A stretch of DNA of 64,000 nt from Octopus sinensis (lineage: Eukaryota): positions 66,402,001 through 66,466,000 of the forward strand of contig NC_043009.1 of NCBI RefSeq assembly GCF_006345805.1. The letters are read 5' to 3'. Within the stretch, counting starts at the first letter, position 1; each line of letters begins with the position of its first letter. The notes beneath the pieces are model-generated. The model made no database searches. It was given only the letters and a program-made list of their open reading frames with translations, and was not told the origin of the DNA. The translations under genes and the position numbers were made by a program. This document shows positions 27,523 through 40,865 of the stretch, in pieces.

Positions 27523-28243
27523 CCTCAGCTGCGCGGATAGCTACCCTCGCTAGCTACGCAGATGATACGAAAGTCTCGCAGAAAATACAAAACCCCAGCG
27601 ATGTTTCATACCTGCAGCAGGAGTTGGACTCAATTTTCAGATGGGCCGAGGACAATAATATGCAGTTTAATGCTGAAAAATTCCAAGCGCTGAGCTACCA
27701 GCGTGCAAAACTGAATATAAAACTTACAGGGTACACTTGCCCACAGAGGATTACAATTCCACAGCCTAAATCAGTGAGGGATCTGGGTATCGACATGAAT
27801 TATGATACCTCTTTTCAAGTGCACATCACTAGGATGGCGACAAAGTGCAAACGAGTGGCTGGATGGATTCTGAGAACGTTCGGAACCAGAGAAAAGGAAA
27901 CCACGATGGTCCTCTGGCGGACATTCGTCCTCAGCCGCCTGGACTATGGTCACCCACCAGTGTGAAATTAACAGCGGACCTTGAAGCAATCCAGAGAAGA
28001 TTCACAAAGAAGATCGTCTTTTTGCAACAGCTCAGCTACTGGGAAAGGTTGAAATAGCTAAGACTCTACTCCCTGGAGCGAAGACAGGAGAGGTATGCAG
28101 TAATATACATTTGGAAGATCCTGAAAGGAACTGTGCCAAATTTTGGCATTGAAAGCTACACTAATGCCAGAACGGGTCGACACTGCACAGTGCCACACAT
28201 CCCAGCAATGCCATCACGCTTCAGGACCAGTTACTGCAACAGT
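27523..28243 (+). mobile_element. CR1-type LINE reverse transcriptase fragment, copy 1 (pseudogenised)
   Basis: YADDTK catalytic motif, then VRDLGI, HI...KC.R..GWILRTF, RLDY, frameshift, WSP...[27 protein letters not shown]; a small deletion and a stop are present. Confidence 0.9.
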
Positions 28244-28934
28244 CTTCCTCTCCTACGGTGGCCGCTACCCACTGTCGTCTATTCTTTTAGCAATTCAACC
28301 CTAACTAAATAACCGCCACCCGTCGCTTTTTTTAATGAGTTGTTCTCACTCCATGTTTTTTTCACTGTTGTTATATAACATGCTCATGTTATCCGCATAA
28401 AAAGTACCAACCTTAAAATGTAATGCTTAGTACCATACATTGATTATATGCAGTGATTTATTTCCTTGTAGTACTTACATGATTATGTCCAGATCTTTAT
28501 GTACATAAGATTCACTCTAACAGTTATGTTTGATGAACGTTGTTCTATTAATTTATTGGACGTACGTGAAAATGTAAACGATGGGGGTTAAAATATTTGA
28601 AAACTCAATTAAACTTTACTGTGGTCGTTGTGCATACACTCAACCCACCTCAGATACTGAACAGCCAATGAAGAATATATTACTAACAGCTACGCTTAAC
28701 CTCCCTCTTTCTCTCTCTATCCCTCCCTCTCTTTTTTTCTCTCTCGCTCCCTATTTATCTATCTATCTCACTTATATGTGCGCGCGTGTGTGTGTTTGTC
28801 TATGTGTGTCTCTATGGGTGCCTGAATATGCGATTATATGCATATATAAATACACATTTACATATATACATATCTATCAATGTATTTATATATCTTACGT
28901 ATACACTGACACACAAATACATCTACGAATATAT

Positions 28935-29069
<135 letters not shown>

Positions 29070-29165
29070 GCGCACGCACATACGCAGATCTATTCTCACA
29101 CAATCATACACATACACACACACACACACACACATATATATATTTATCTATGTATCTATTTATAC

Positions 29166-29885
29166 CCTCAGCTGCGCGGATAGCTACCCTCGCTAGCTAC
29201 GCAGATGATACGAAAGTCTCGCAGAAAATACAAAACCCCAGCGATGTTTCATACCTGCAGCAGGAGTTGGACTCAATTTTCAGATGGGCCGAGGACAATA
29301 ATATGCAGTTTAATGCTGAAAAATTCCAAGCGCTGCGCTACCAGCGTGCAAAACTGAATATAAAACTTACAGGGTACACTTGCCCACAGAGGATTACAAT
29401 TCCACAGCCTAAATCAGTGAGGGATCTGGGTATCGACATGAATTATGATACCTCTTTTCAAGTGCACATCACTAGGATGGCGACAAAGTGCAAACGAGTG
29501 GCTGGATGGATTCTGAGAACGTTCGGAACCAGAGAAAAGGAAACCACGATGGTCCTCTGGCGGACATTCGTCCTCAGCGCCTGGACTATGGTCACCCACC
29601 AGTGTGAAATTAACAGCGGACCTTGAAGCAATCCAGAGAAGATTCACAAAGAAGATCGTCTTTTTGCAACAGCTCAGCTACTGGGAAAGGTTGAAATAGC
29701 TAAGACTCTACTCCCTGGAGCGAAGACAGGAGAGGTATGCAGTAATATACATTTGGAAGATCCTGAAAGGAACTGTGCCAAATTTTGGCATTGAAAGCTA
29801 CACTAATGCCAGAACGGGTCGACACTGCACAGTGCCACACATCCCAGCAATGCCATCACGCTTCAGGACCAGTTACTGCAACAGT
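29166..29885 (+). mobile_element. CR1-type LINE reverse transcriptase fragment, copy 2 (duplicate of copy 1)
   Basis: Same sequence and lesions as copy 1, plus one extra 1-bp deletion near 29578. Confidence 0.9.
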
Positions 29886-30583
29886 CTTCCTCTCCTACGG
29901 TGGCCGCTACCCACTGTCGTCTATTCTTTTAGCAATTCAACCCTAACTAAATAACCGCCACCCGTCGCTTTTTTTAATGAGTTGTTCTCACTCCATGTTT
30001 TTTTCACTGTTGTTATATAACATGCTCATGTTATCCGCATAAAAAGTACCAACCTTAAAATGTAATGCTTAGTACCATACATTGATTATATGCAGTGATT
30101 TATTTCCTTGTAGTACTTACATGATTATGTCCAGATCTTTATGTACATAAGATTCACTCTAACAGTTATGTTTGATGAACGTTGTTCTATTAATTTATTG
30201 GACGTACGTGAAAATGTAAACGATGGGGGTTAAAATATTGAAAACTCAATTAAACTTTACTGTGGTCGTTGTGCATACACTCAACCCACCTCAGATACTG
30301 AACAGCCAATGAAGAATATATTACTAACAGCTACGCTTAACCTCCCTCTTTCTCTCTCTATCCCTCCCTCTTTTTTTCTCTCTCACTCCCTATTTATCTA
30401 TCTATCTCACTTATATGTGCGCGCGTGTGTGTGTTTGTCTATGTGTGTCTCTATGGGTGCCTGAATATGCGATTATATGCATATATAAATACACATTTAC
30501 ATATATACATATCTATCAATGTATTTATATATCTTACGTATACACTGACACACAAATACATCTACGAATATATATATATATAT

Positions 30584-30672
<89 letters not shown>

Positions 30673-30936
30673 TATATAAATATATATATATATGAAAAAA
30701 CGGAGAAAGGCAGAAGAAGAGAAACAAGGAAAATGCCACTTATATTGAACAGTATACAAATATTCTTTTAAAAAACTTTTCTTTTAATTTTTCTAAATTT
30801 AATTATTTAATCGTTACAGTTGAAAAGGTCTCAAAATTACTGAAACCGGTACTGAAATGATCTTTATAAAATTATTTTATCATTTTCTATCTTGACTTGT
30901 TTTTTCATATATATCAACTCGTGTGTTCCTTTTCAT

Positions 30937-30974
<38 letters not shown>

Positions 30975-30976
<2 letters not shown>

Positions 30977-31135
30977 GACAGGGTTCTTTCAGTTTCCGCC
31001 TACCAAATCCACTCACAAGGTTTTGGTCGGCCTGAGGCTCCTGTAGAAGACACTTGCCCAAGGTGCCACGCAGTTGGGAACCCGGAACCAAGTGCTTGAG
31101 AAACAAGCTTCTTACCACACTGCCACTCCTGCGCC
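30975..31135 (-). mobile_element. tRNA-derived CORE-like SINE family B, left half
   Basis: Sense strand GGCGCAGGAGTGGCAGTGTGGTAAG (A box), GGTTCCGGGTTC (B-box region), GGCACCTTGGGCAAGTGTCTTC (MIR/CORE-like); runs into (TA)n. Confidence 0.85.
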
Positions 31136-31169
31136 TATATATGTGTGTGTGTGTGTGCGTATGTATGTA

Positions 31170-31208
<39 letters not shown>

Positions 31209-31622
31209 ATGTATGTATGTGTGTGAGAGTGTGTGTCTGTGTGTATGTGTGTTTTGCATATCACAGTCATTAGTACACAGGTACACTATCGTCAATACAT
31301 GTTCATTAGGAATTTGATTTTTTTTGTGGCTTCCTATTATCGCTCTATGATCTCTCGTGCACGTGATAACAAACGAAGTGAATTATGAGGAAGGGAGCAC
31401 TTTGTATTACCCCATTGAAAATTAGTTTTGTTGGTCGAGAGGGCTTAGGTTTTGGAGACAATACTGTTGTTAACTTTACAACAAATTCACACATTCTGAT
31501 GATTACTCTACGTATGAAAGCGCTAAGTTAACTTTATGTGCATTACAAAAGAAGTTTTCAATGTTAAAATATCATAATAATAAACGTGAAAACCAGATCA
31601 TGTTTTAACTTTATTCAGCTGA

Positions 31623-31699
<77 letters not shown>

Positions 31700-31912
31700 G
31701 CATGTTTGTATGCATGTATGTATATGAATATACGAGCATATACACCTGCACTTATATATGTATATAAATGCACGTGTTTGTGCGTATATGTATATATATA
31801 TATATATATATAATAATAAATAAAACACATGCCTATACATGTTTTATTTATTATTTTGTTATTATATTATAGAACGCACGCATCCACTTCTAAGTAAGTT
31901 TTATCTTTATAT

Positions 31913-31944
<32 letters not shown>

Positions 31945-32702
31945 CGCACACACAAATTTCTGTCTTCAGATGTGTATGTTATCCTTTTTCTCCCCCACAG
32001 ATTTATATACATATGTGTACATATATGTATAACAAATGCGAATATATATAAATGTGGTTATGCGTATATACATGAGTGTGCGCCTGCTCGTGCGAGTGCG
32101 TCTAAATGCATTTGTATTCAGAATATTATCACACTACATGTACTATACACTCCCCTGCCACCACCACCCCTCAAAAAAATCCACGTGCATGCAATATAGT
32201 GCTCAGGCAGACGTGTCGAAAATAAGAATGCTAGAGAATGATTTAGCAACACTGAATATAATGTGAACTTGTTAAGCATTTAAGTGAAACCTTTCATCAA
32301 ATGTTAGCATAACTGACCCGAGAAAGGCATCGAAGATTGAAGATCAGATGCAATGCAAATAAATAAAGTAAACAACAGATCTAATAAAAGAGTCAAGGAA
32401 ACGCATTATTAAAAGAATTAGTTGCTAAGCAAATGTGCAAAACTCGCGAAACACCGAAAGAAAAACTGCAAACAATATAACGTTTAGAGAGAGATTTGCT
32501 TCTATGGCCTGAGTTTCCCTATAAACATCATATTACTGTGTTTCTATGTTCGTTTTTATTTGTTTCGGATTATGTATAATTTTTGTTGTTGTTGTACATT
32601 TGTGATGCTGAAGCAAAATAAAGAAACCAACTTGCCAATGTAGCCTTCCTTCGAAATGTTAGAAGTTCATGGTAAGCCTTAGTTAAAGTAGACTATTGAT
32701 AG

Positions 32703-32734
<32 letters not shown>

Positions 32735-32961
32735 ATATATACGTACGCAGACACACACATGCATACATACATGCATACATACACATGCATATACATATAC
32801 GTGTATATATATATACATATATTAAGAGAGAGAGAGATACACATATACGGTAGGCATAATATATTTATTAGATATGTCTAATTGACTTTTGTTGTTTTTC
32901 CTGTCTTTTGATCTTCGATTTCTTTATATAGCACACACACACACACATACATACATATATA

Positions 32962-32997
<36 letters not shown>

Positions 32998-33016
32998 TGT
33001 ATGTATGTATGTATAT

Positions 33017-33413
33017 AGCTTATTTACCAACCACTTGGTTCCGGGTTCAGTCCCACTGCGTGGCACCTTGGGCAAGTGTCTTCTACTATTGCCTCGGGCC
33101 GACCAAACCCTTGTGAGTGGATTTGGTAGACGGAAACTGAAAGAAGCCTGTCGTATATATGTATATGTATATGCGTATGTGTGTTTGTGTGTCTGTGTTT
33201 GTCTCCCCAACATCGCTTGACAACCGATGCTGGTGTGTTTATGTCCCCGTTACTTAGCGGTTCGGCAAAAGAGACCGATAGAATAAGTACTGGGCTTACA
33301 AAAGAATAAGTCCCGGGGTCGAGTTGCTCGATTAAAGGCGGTGCTCCAGCATGGCCTGCAGTCAAATGACTGAAACAAGTAAAAGAGTAAAAGAGTAAAA
33401 GAGTAAAAGAGTA
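33017..33413 (+). mobile_element. SINE family B, near full length, with internal microsatellite and (GTAAAAGA)n tail
   Basis: GGTTCCGGGTTCAGTCCC B box, CACCTTGGGCAAGTG core, internal TA/TG tract at about 33153-33200, tandem 8-bp tail. The 5' A box appears lost. Confidence 0.88.
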
Positions 33414-33417
33414 TATG

Positions 33418-33449
<32 letters not shown>

Positions 33450-33484
33450 TGTATGTATGTATGTATGTATGTATGTATGTATGT

Positions 33485-33540
<56 letters not shown>

Positions 33541-33541
33541 G

Positions 33542-33585
<44 letters not shown>

Positions 33586-33953
33586 AGATAGGTAGGTAGG
33601 TAGGTAGGTAGGTAGGTAGGTAGGTAGGTAGGTAGGTAGATAGATACAAGGTCTTGGTAGGGTTGGCGCATATTTATTATTGTATTATATTTGGATTATA
33701 TATAATTTTTTCTTTTATTTCTTTCCAGTTTCAGTCCGAGGATTGCGGCCATGCTGGGGTACTGCCGGTTGCTTTGTTATGCTTTCACTAAAACCTCCTT
33801 TGATATGTGGCTTCTCGTGAATGAGGGAGTTTAACATTGCTACCTTCGTCTGTGTTTCTTGCTTTGGGGTAGGTTAATCCGGAACCCTTGCAGAACAACG
33901 TCGGAAAATTAAGCCCGATTGCCATATATACAACTAAATATAATAAACGCTCA

Positions 33954-34375
33954 TGCAGAGATAAATAAAGATGCCCATTGATGAACCACTTTTGTACGAG
34001 TAGAAATCTTGTACATAAATGCACCGTACACACAAAGACAGGACTGTACGTTCACAGAGGGGCATCGGCTGTTTCATTCAAGAATCGTTACTGCAGCTTC
34101 AAGAAAATCAATAAAAGACGTTCAACATCTTTGGCCGATTTTGTGTGGCGACTTAAGGAAGATAAAACTAAATATAAAATTACTTAGTCCATAGTAAGGC
34201 ACGCAGACTACAATATCATTTCCAGAGATGTCGACTCTTCTCCGAGTAATCCCTGTCTATTCTGTGGACCAATGAGAAGAAAGATCGTTCATAGAATTTC
34301 TGAACGACTCTCAGATGCTTACATGCATAATAAAGCACTTTCGCGCAATGCAGTGGGAATGAATTTGAGAAACTG
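33954..34375 (+). mobile_element. Decayed Penelope-like element GIY-YIG endonuclease region
   Basis: CRDK*RCPL...CTSRNLVHKCTV...FKNRYCSFK...RSTSLADFVWRLKEDK..YKIT*SI matches the PLE pattern C.CR.K..CPL...CL...VY...FK.RY..H..SF...ST.LS..IW.LK....I.WSI. Confidence 0.7.
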
Positions 34376-35143
34376 TTAACCTAATTAATAATCATAATTC
34401 ATCTTAATGAATGAATTAAATTTAGTTTTAACCTCCCCGTTCTTATAAACACCAAGTAGCTATTTAATTCGCTATGTGAAGGTATGTGTAGCAAACCTCA
34501 AGTAGATGATTGCATGAGAGAGTGTACATGTGCCATACAGCCTCCGTAGGGGCGTTTATGCATCCATATCCGTTAACGGTTATGTTTAATACTTTTCTAA
34601 CCAAATTGCGTGTTCGTTTCTTTTTTTATGCATCTGTTATTTTTATTATTATTGATCTTCTGTATAAATGAAGCTATGTCCTTTAGTCTTCTGCTTTTCT
34701 TTACGCACACTGAGAAGATATTTTGCAGAACTGTTATTTTGACGAGTTATATACTGTTATCACCTGAAAAGACACATCTACACTGTCGAATGATCCTGAA
34801 CCAGTTGTTAAGTATTCAACCTGTGAGGGATCGATGTATGATGGATCGAAACAATTGTAGTGATTAATAAAAATCCTCGTATCTTCTATATTCCGTATCT
34901 CGTTAACCAAAATACACAGCGAACACTGTGAAAGTGAACGTGCTTTGCCAGTAAGCTACCAGTTATAAACCACTCGATCTGTTATTTAGTATATGTACAT
35001 ATCAATATATATATATATATATAAAATATACATACATAAATACACACACAGACACACAGCGATAGATATAAATATATACAATATATTTGCATATGTGTGT
35101 GTGTATATATAGATGTATATATGTATATATACGTATAAAAACG

Positions 35144-35187
<44 letters not shown>

Positions 35188-35251
35188 CATACTTATATAT
35201 ATATATATATACACACACACAAACACACACGCATATATATATATATATATT

Positions 35252-35287
<36 letters not shown>

Positions 35288-35662
35288 ATATATATATATA
35301 TACATACACACAAACTCACACGTGCGTGTACGATGATATTTACCATACTCGTGTTCACCTGAACGCAGCAAGGTCTTTTGCTACGGAACATAGATGACAT
35401 GTGTGAAAACCTGTCTTTGACTTATGTACGATGCCATCATATCGTAGGACGCACATGTTTCTGCCTCATTACGCTTCATCGGCTTCGAACACCAACTCAG
35501 TCTTCCGCTGCTTTGTAAAAACGATTGTTTTGTGTATCAGAAACGCAAATGAGACTTTCGCTGAGGTATGGAAAGTCGGTCAATCTGAAATTAACTGGAG
35601 GTGCGCGAAGCAATCTTCAATGAAATATAGATAGACAGACAGACAGACAGACAGATGGATAT

Positions 35663-35753
<91 letters not shown>

Positions 35754-36393
35754 TAAGTACACATACATACTTCTAAACACACACATGTATGTGTGTGCGT
35801 GTGTACAAACACACACCTATAAGTGACAGATAGACAGACAGACAAACAAAATTATACATTTCCGCTTAAATGCACGCACATAATAGCACAATTCGGTTAA
35901 TTGCATGCCGAAGCAATTCTTGTTTTCGCTATTTGCATTATATTATCCAAATTATGAACAAAAAATATTGATGAAACGAAGCATATAATTGAACATTTTA
36001 TTTGATATAAATAAAGAGATTCACTAAGCTTCCGTTTGTCTGATAAGTCTTTTATGACAGTAGTTAGTACTTCATATTTACATACAACTGTTGTCAACTC
36101 ACTCCAGTGTAGTCAAGTTATTCACTTCAACGAAGAAAAGCGATTGTTCTTCAGATTTCTGTACAATATATGTTATGTTTTAACTGGGCTATACATTCCT
36201 TTAATAAATATTTCTTCATTATAGATAGTAAGCATATGTGCAAAACAAAAAACAGAGAATGGTGCTTTTGTCTCAGTGAGTGAATGGGCGCCATTATCTT
36301 GTATTCATTAACGATTAGATTAACCCGTGATTAACGGAAAACATCTTTGGAAAATTTGTGTGTTTCTTATTACCTAGGAATAAACAAAGCATA

Positions 36394-36685
36394 GACGCAG
36401 GCACGGCACCTTAAGCAAGTGTCTTTATGATAGCCACGAGCCGACCAAATCTTTGTGAGTGGGTTTCGTGGACGAAAACTGTAAAAAGTCTATCGTGTAT
36501 AATGCGTGTGTATGTGTGTGTGTGCGTATGTGTCTGTCTGTGTCTCTGTCTGTGTCTGTGTGCCTGGCTGTTCGGCAAAGGAGATTGATAGAATAAGTAC
36601 ACGGCTTAAAAGAAGAAACTCTGGAACCGATTCATGGCCGCAGTCTAATGACTGTAACAAGTGGAAGATGAAAGACAAAACCATA
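36394..36685 (+). mobile_element. Decayed SINE family B copy with internal TG/TC tract
   Basis: ggcaccttaagcaagtgtc..gccgaccaaatctttgtgagtgg...gttcggcaaagga..gatagaataagtac..catggccgcagtc. Confidence 0.8.
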
Positions 36686-37767
36686 TGGTTGTAGGGCAGT
36701 CATGATGAGGATGCTTTATACGGATGCAGCATTGATATTTAAAGGATACCAAAGGGACTTGAGGAAGCTCACAAGGGATAAGTCAAACGAGTTTGCCACC
36801 ATTTTATATCAAGAAAATATTAACCCGAACCGGATTAAACCTGATCAAATTATGTATTAACCTAATTAAATTATGTATTAACACAGACTACTGAAATGAA
36901 ACACAGTGGATTCTGGTTCTTTTTTATTTCATATCATCGGATATATACAGCGATTATTATAAGCGTTATGCACTGGAGTCATATCAAAATTTCGTAATTA
37001 GTCGCTCACAATTTATTTTCGGTTAATATCTTATTCTAGTTAACTGTTTAAGAATTCCATTCCCCGTTCCGATATAATGCAATCTATACATATACACACA
37101 CACACGCATACACACACATACACACACATGCACACACATACATATACATATATATATATATATATGTGTACACACACATATATATACATATATATGTGTG
37201 TGTGTGTGTATGCGCTGCGCACAGACAAAAACACAAAACACACAAGCATACACATAAGCACGCACACACACACACACTCACACTAAGGAGAATATAGTGA
37301 ATATGGTTTATTACATTAATTTACAATTGTTTCATAGGAATTTTGAACTCATGTGTTTTGTTGTATTATGCAAAAATATATACAACTAAATGAAGTTGTG
37401 TGTGTTTATGCGTGTGTCTGTATGCGCGTGTGCCAGTGTGTGTGTGCATCATCCCACAAGCTACAAACATACTTTCCTTCTAACATCTCTATGTTAACGT
37501 CTTACACAGCTATTTCTAGACTTACCTACACCACAAGTAATTATCTTTCAGCAAACCTCCACCTAACCTCCACTCAATGAAACAACTTACCAAAGAATAT
37601 ATAAAACGGAAGATCCCAACTAAAGCACAGTCTGATGAGCGTGAGCTAGCCGAAACTTCGAACTCACTGGTGAACCTTCCTTCTCCTTTATTCCTATATG
37701 CATATAAACTTATATGTTTATATAAGTGTGCGTTTATCAATCTGTGTGTGTATGCATGCATGAATAT

Positions 37768-37821
<54 letters not shown>

Positions 37822-38974
37822 ACGTATGTGTCTAGATAGATAGATAGAAATGTATGTGTTCATATATATATATATGCACGTGTGTGGGTTTATGTCTGTG
37901 AATACATCAGTGAGAGAAACACCCACACACGCATGTTTACATGGACATAATCTATAGAATTTTCGGAGATTTTGATACATGTAAATCACTTAACAATATA
38001 TTCCAGTAAACATGGAAAGAGATAGACAAAGACGTCAAAAGAATCAAAGCCACTGGCGTGAAGGCAACCATGTAGCCTTAGTTACCGAACATCATTCCAA
38101 TATCAATTACATAAAATGCATGTGATACCGTATTGTTTTGCAGTATTACATTCAGTACATAAGAACTGAAAGTTGAACAGGAATGCTACTCCACAGTCAC
38201 CACGCCCACTATACGCACAATCAAATGTTTTATCTTTAAGGAAAACGACACAGACGTATGTAAATAGATTTCTTCAAATATGTGCGTAGGTGAACGTCTG
38301 TGCGTGTAATTATTAAAATCAAAAAAAATTTGTTCTTAAGTTCAGCTTGTTCATAATTTTAGTTTCTTAAGTTTGGGCGAATTGTGTCTTTGAAAGTAGA
38401 AGCTTTGATACATTGATAACAGAATATCTCACTATCTCTGGCTTAATTGGAGGCTAGAGAAGACGAAAAACGTAGCTCAATCAATGAACACCTATATATG
38501 TATATATATACATATATATATTTAAAATTAAATAAGGGTAGAAATTGATATTAATCAATTAAAACCAGTGGTCTAGCATATTTTTTTAAAATCCGAAGAT
38601 TTAATTTTTTTTTACATACAAAATTTAGAGGACTGACCACTAAAAGTAGACAGCCCCTATGCTAGATATAGACGTCAAAATTGCCATTTTCCACGAAGAA
38701 TGTGTTCTCAAGAAAAAAAACTCAGCAAAAATCCAAAGTGTAAAAATAAGCAAGTGTAAAATATATATATATATATATATACCTATTATATACATTATAT
38801 TATTTTTGTAATTTACTCAATCTTTACTTTTTAATTGTTATTTTAATTTTAATATTTCTATTATATGTAATTTTCTAGATGGTGTACTTTAATTATTCCT
38901 TTTGAATTGATAAAATATGTTTTTTTTTCTAATATTTTATATAAATATATATATATATATTAACGTTTGTTTCC

Positions 38975-39100
38975 ATGTTCCGTTATAATAAAATCAATTT
39001 TACATTATTCTGATGGGTTACCCTATACTTTTGTAGAGTGCAGATATATTTTTCTGAAACAAGAATATTGTTGACAGTGACTTCAGAATTTCTCCCAGCT
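38975..39100 (+). repeat. Unclassified dispersed repeat, second copy at about 58268-58375
   Basis: Both share gttataataaaatcaa...atacttttgtagagt...aagaata...tga(c/t)agtgacttc. Confidence 0.6.
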
Positions 39101-40045
39101 AAGCCATCTTAAGACTGCAGCACCGTCGTATTACATAACTACCCAGAATTTCCCATTCTTTTGCTAAGTGAAAATTCTTCGATAATAACAACATGACGGT
39201 AATGGTGAATAGTATTCTATTTAATTTCCATTGGTCATCTAATACGATGTAGTTTAATAATTCGTACTTTGAAAGACGTGTTCTACACAGGGAAATAAGT
39301 ATCAATCAACAAAGCATACTATATTTCTTGGCTTTTAAAGAAAATCACACACTATACTTAATTTTATAGAGAAGATCACTATCCAGGTACAGCCATATAA
39401 AAAAATAATCACCCCATACAAATGAAACCAAGCCATGTATTTGAAACGCGAAAGAAGGAATCTTTCCTGTGTAAGCATATAGAGAGTATCTCTCTTCTTC
39501 AATTTAAGACATTTATTAGTGCGGTAATATTCTCTATTTTCACTACAAATTGTATGAAATTTCCCTGCCATTATGCAACTTAGATTTCTCTTCGAGACAA
39601 AATTGATTCCTTTGTCGTTATGATTCTATATATATTGGACAATGATGCCGATTAAATTATATTCTAGAAGTTGAATAAATGAATAATTTATGTAAAACGA
39701 GCTTTCAAGGTGTTTTCTACGAACCCTAATAGCATTTCAGTGACAGTTGCTGCATTTGCCATTTCACCTTTGATAGGTATAATATCTCCAAGTAGTGTAG
39801 TTCACGTAGAGCTTCACTCGCCAATATGTAGTGCATAGATTTTCTTTCCTATTTGAAACAAAAGGAAAGCACAGGTATAGAGATACATATACACCGGCAC
39901 ATACAAACATTTATGCACTCCTACTTACACATTCCACACCCCACCATATATATATATATTTATATACATTCTTGACGTCTTATTTTACATGCTGTTCTGA
40001 TGGGCTTCGTGAGATATTATTCCCAATAAATAAATATATATACAA

Positions 40046-40090
<45 letters not shown>

Positions 40091-40091
40091 C

Positions 40092-40122
<31 letters not shown>

Positions 40123-40123
<1 letters not shown>

Positions 40124-40542
40124 GTGAAGTATATTTGCCACTTAAATGTGGCTAACCACTAAGGGTGGATGCTACTGTAGCTTGTAGCCCCAGGAGAGCA
40201 TCTTCTCCAGCTGGCTATTGACACACTTTCTGTGCCCTATCAGTATTTGCAAAGGGAAGCCATCCTTCCCATCGTCGACCTGACGTGATACGCACGGACC
40301 CGGGTTTCTGGGTATTTACCCGTCGCCAGAGCACGACATTCACCGGTCTTCGATGCGAAGGGGTCCCAATACAAATACGTATATCCTTTTTCCAGTGACG
40401 AAAAGTCACTGATCTCGAAAAAGTGTAAACAAACAATAATAAATCTCTGAAGGAGGAATAAAGATGTTCTCCTGGGGCTACAAGCTACAGTAGCATCCAC
40501 CCTTACTGGTTAGCCACATTTAAATGGCAAATATACTTCACA
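40123..40542. mobile_element. Non-coding element with 81-bp inverted repeats (MITE-like or inverted Penelope-type terminal repeat)
   Basis: 40123-40203 is the reverse complement of 40462-40542 with 3 mismatches; 258-bp interior; (TG)n on the left and (TA)n 40 bp to the right. Confidence 0.85.
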
Positions 40543-40580
40543 TTGTCGTGCAGCTACTGTTTATACCTCATTCAAAGAGT

Positions 40581-40647
<67 letters not shown>

Positions 40648-40679
40648 ATATATATGCATACATATTAAATCCTAAAAAG

Positions 40680-40865
40680 AACAAACACACAAAGGCAACA
40701 ATGCGACAAATGTACGTGGTACATTTAATGTATTAGCAGACGCTTAGGAAAAGAAGGAAAGATGGTTTAACGTTTCGAGTAGAAGCTCTTCTTCGGAAAC
40801 AGGAAAGTCCAAAACAAGGGAAGACGGAGGAAGAAAATCGCCAACGATTCACATGTGGCAACATT
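40680..40865 (-). mobile_element. Penelope-type terminal-repeat-like segment next to (TA)n
   Basis: Contains the hammerhead-like motif below; a related segment lies at 53461-53585. Family assignment is inferred from the motif, not from a search. Confidence 0.45.
40765..40800 (-). ncRNA. Minimal type-I hammerhead ribozyme-like motif
   Basis: Minus strand reads GTTT CCGAAGA A GAG-CTTCTA-CTC GAA AC GT T AAAC: helix I GTTT/AAAC, CUGANGA-like box (U4 to C), helix II GAG/CTC, GAAA, loopless helix III in palindromic AACGTT. Confidence 0.5.

Noticed and set aside
39099-39600. Possible second Penelope GIY-YIG remnant (TRLSKY, WEIL)
   Set aside because: Only two short motifs; not distinguishable from chance by eye.
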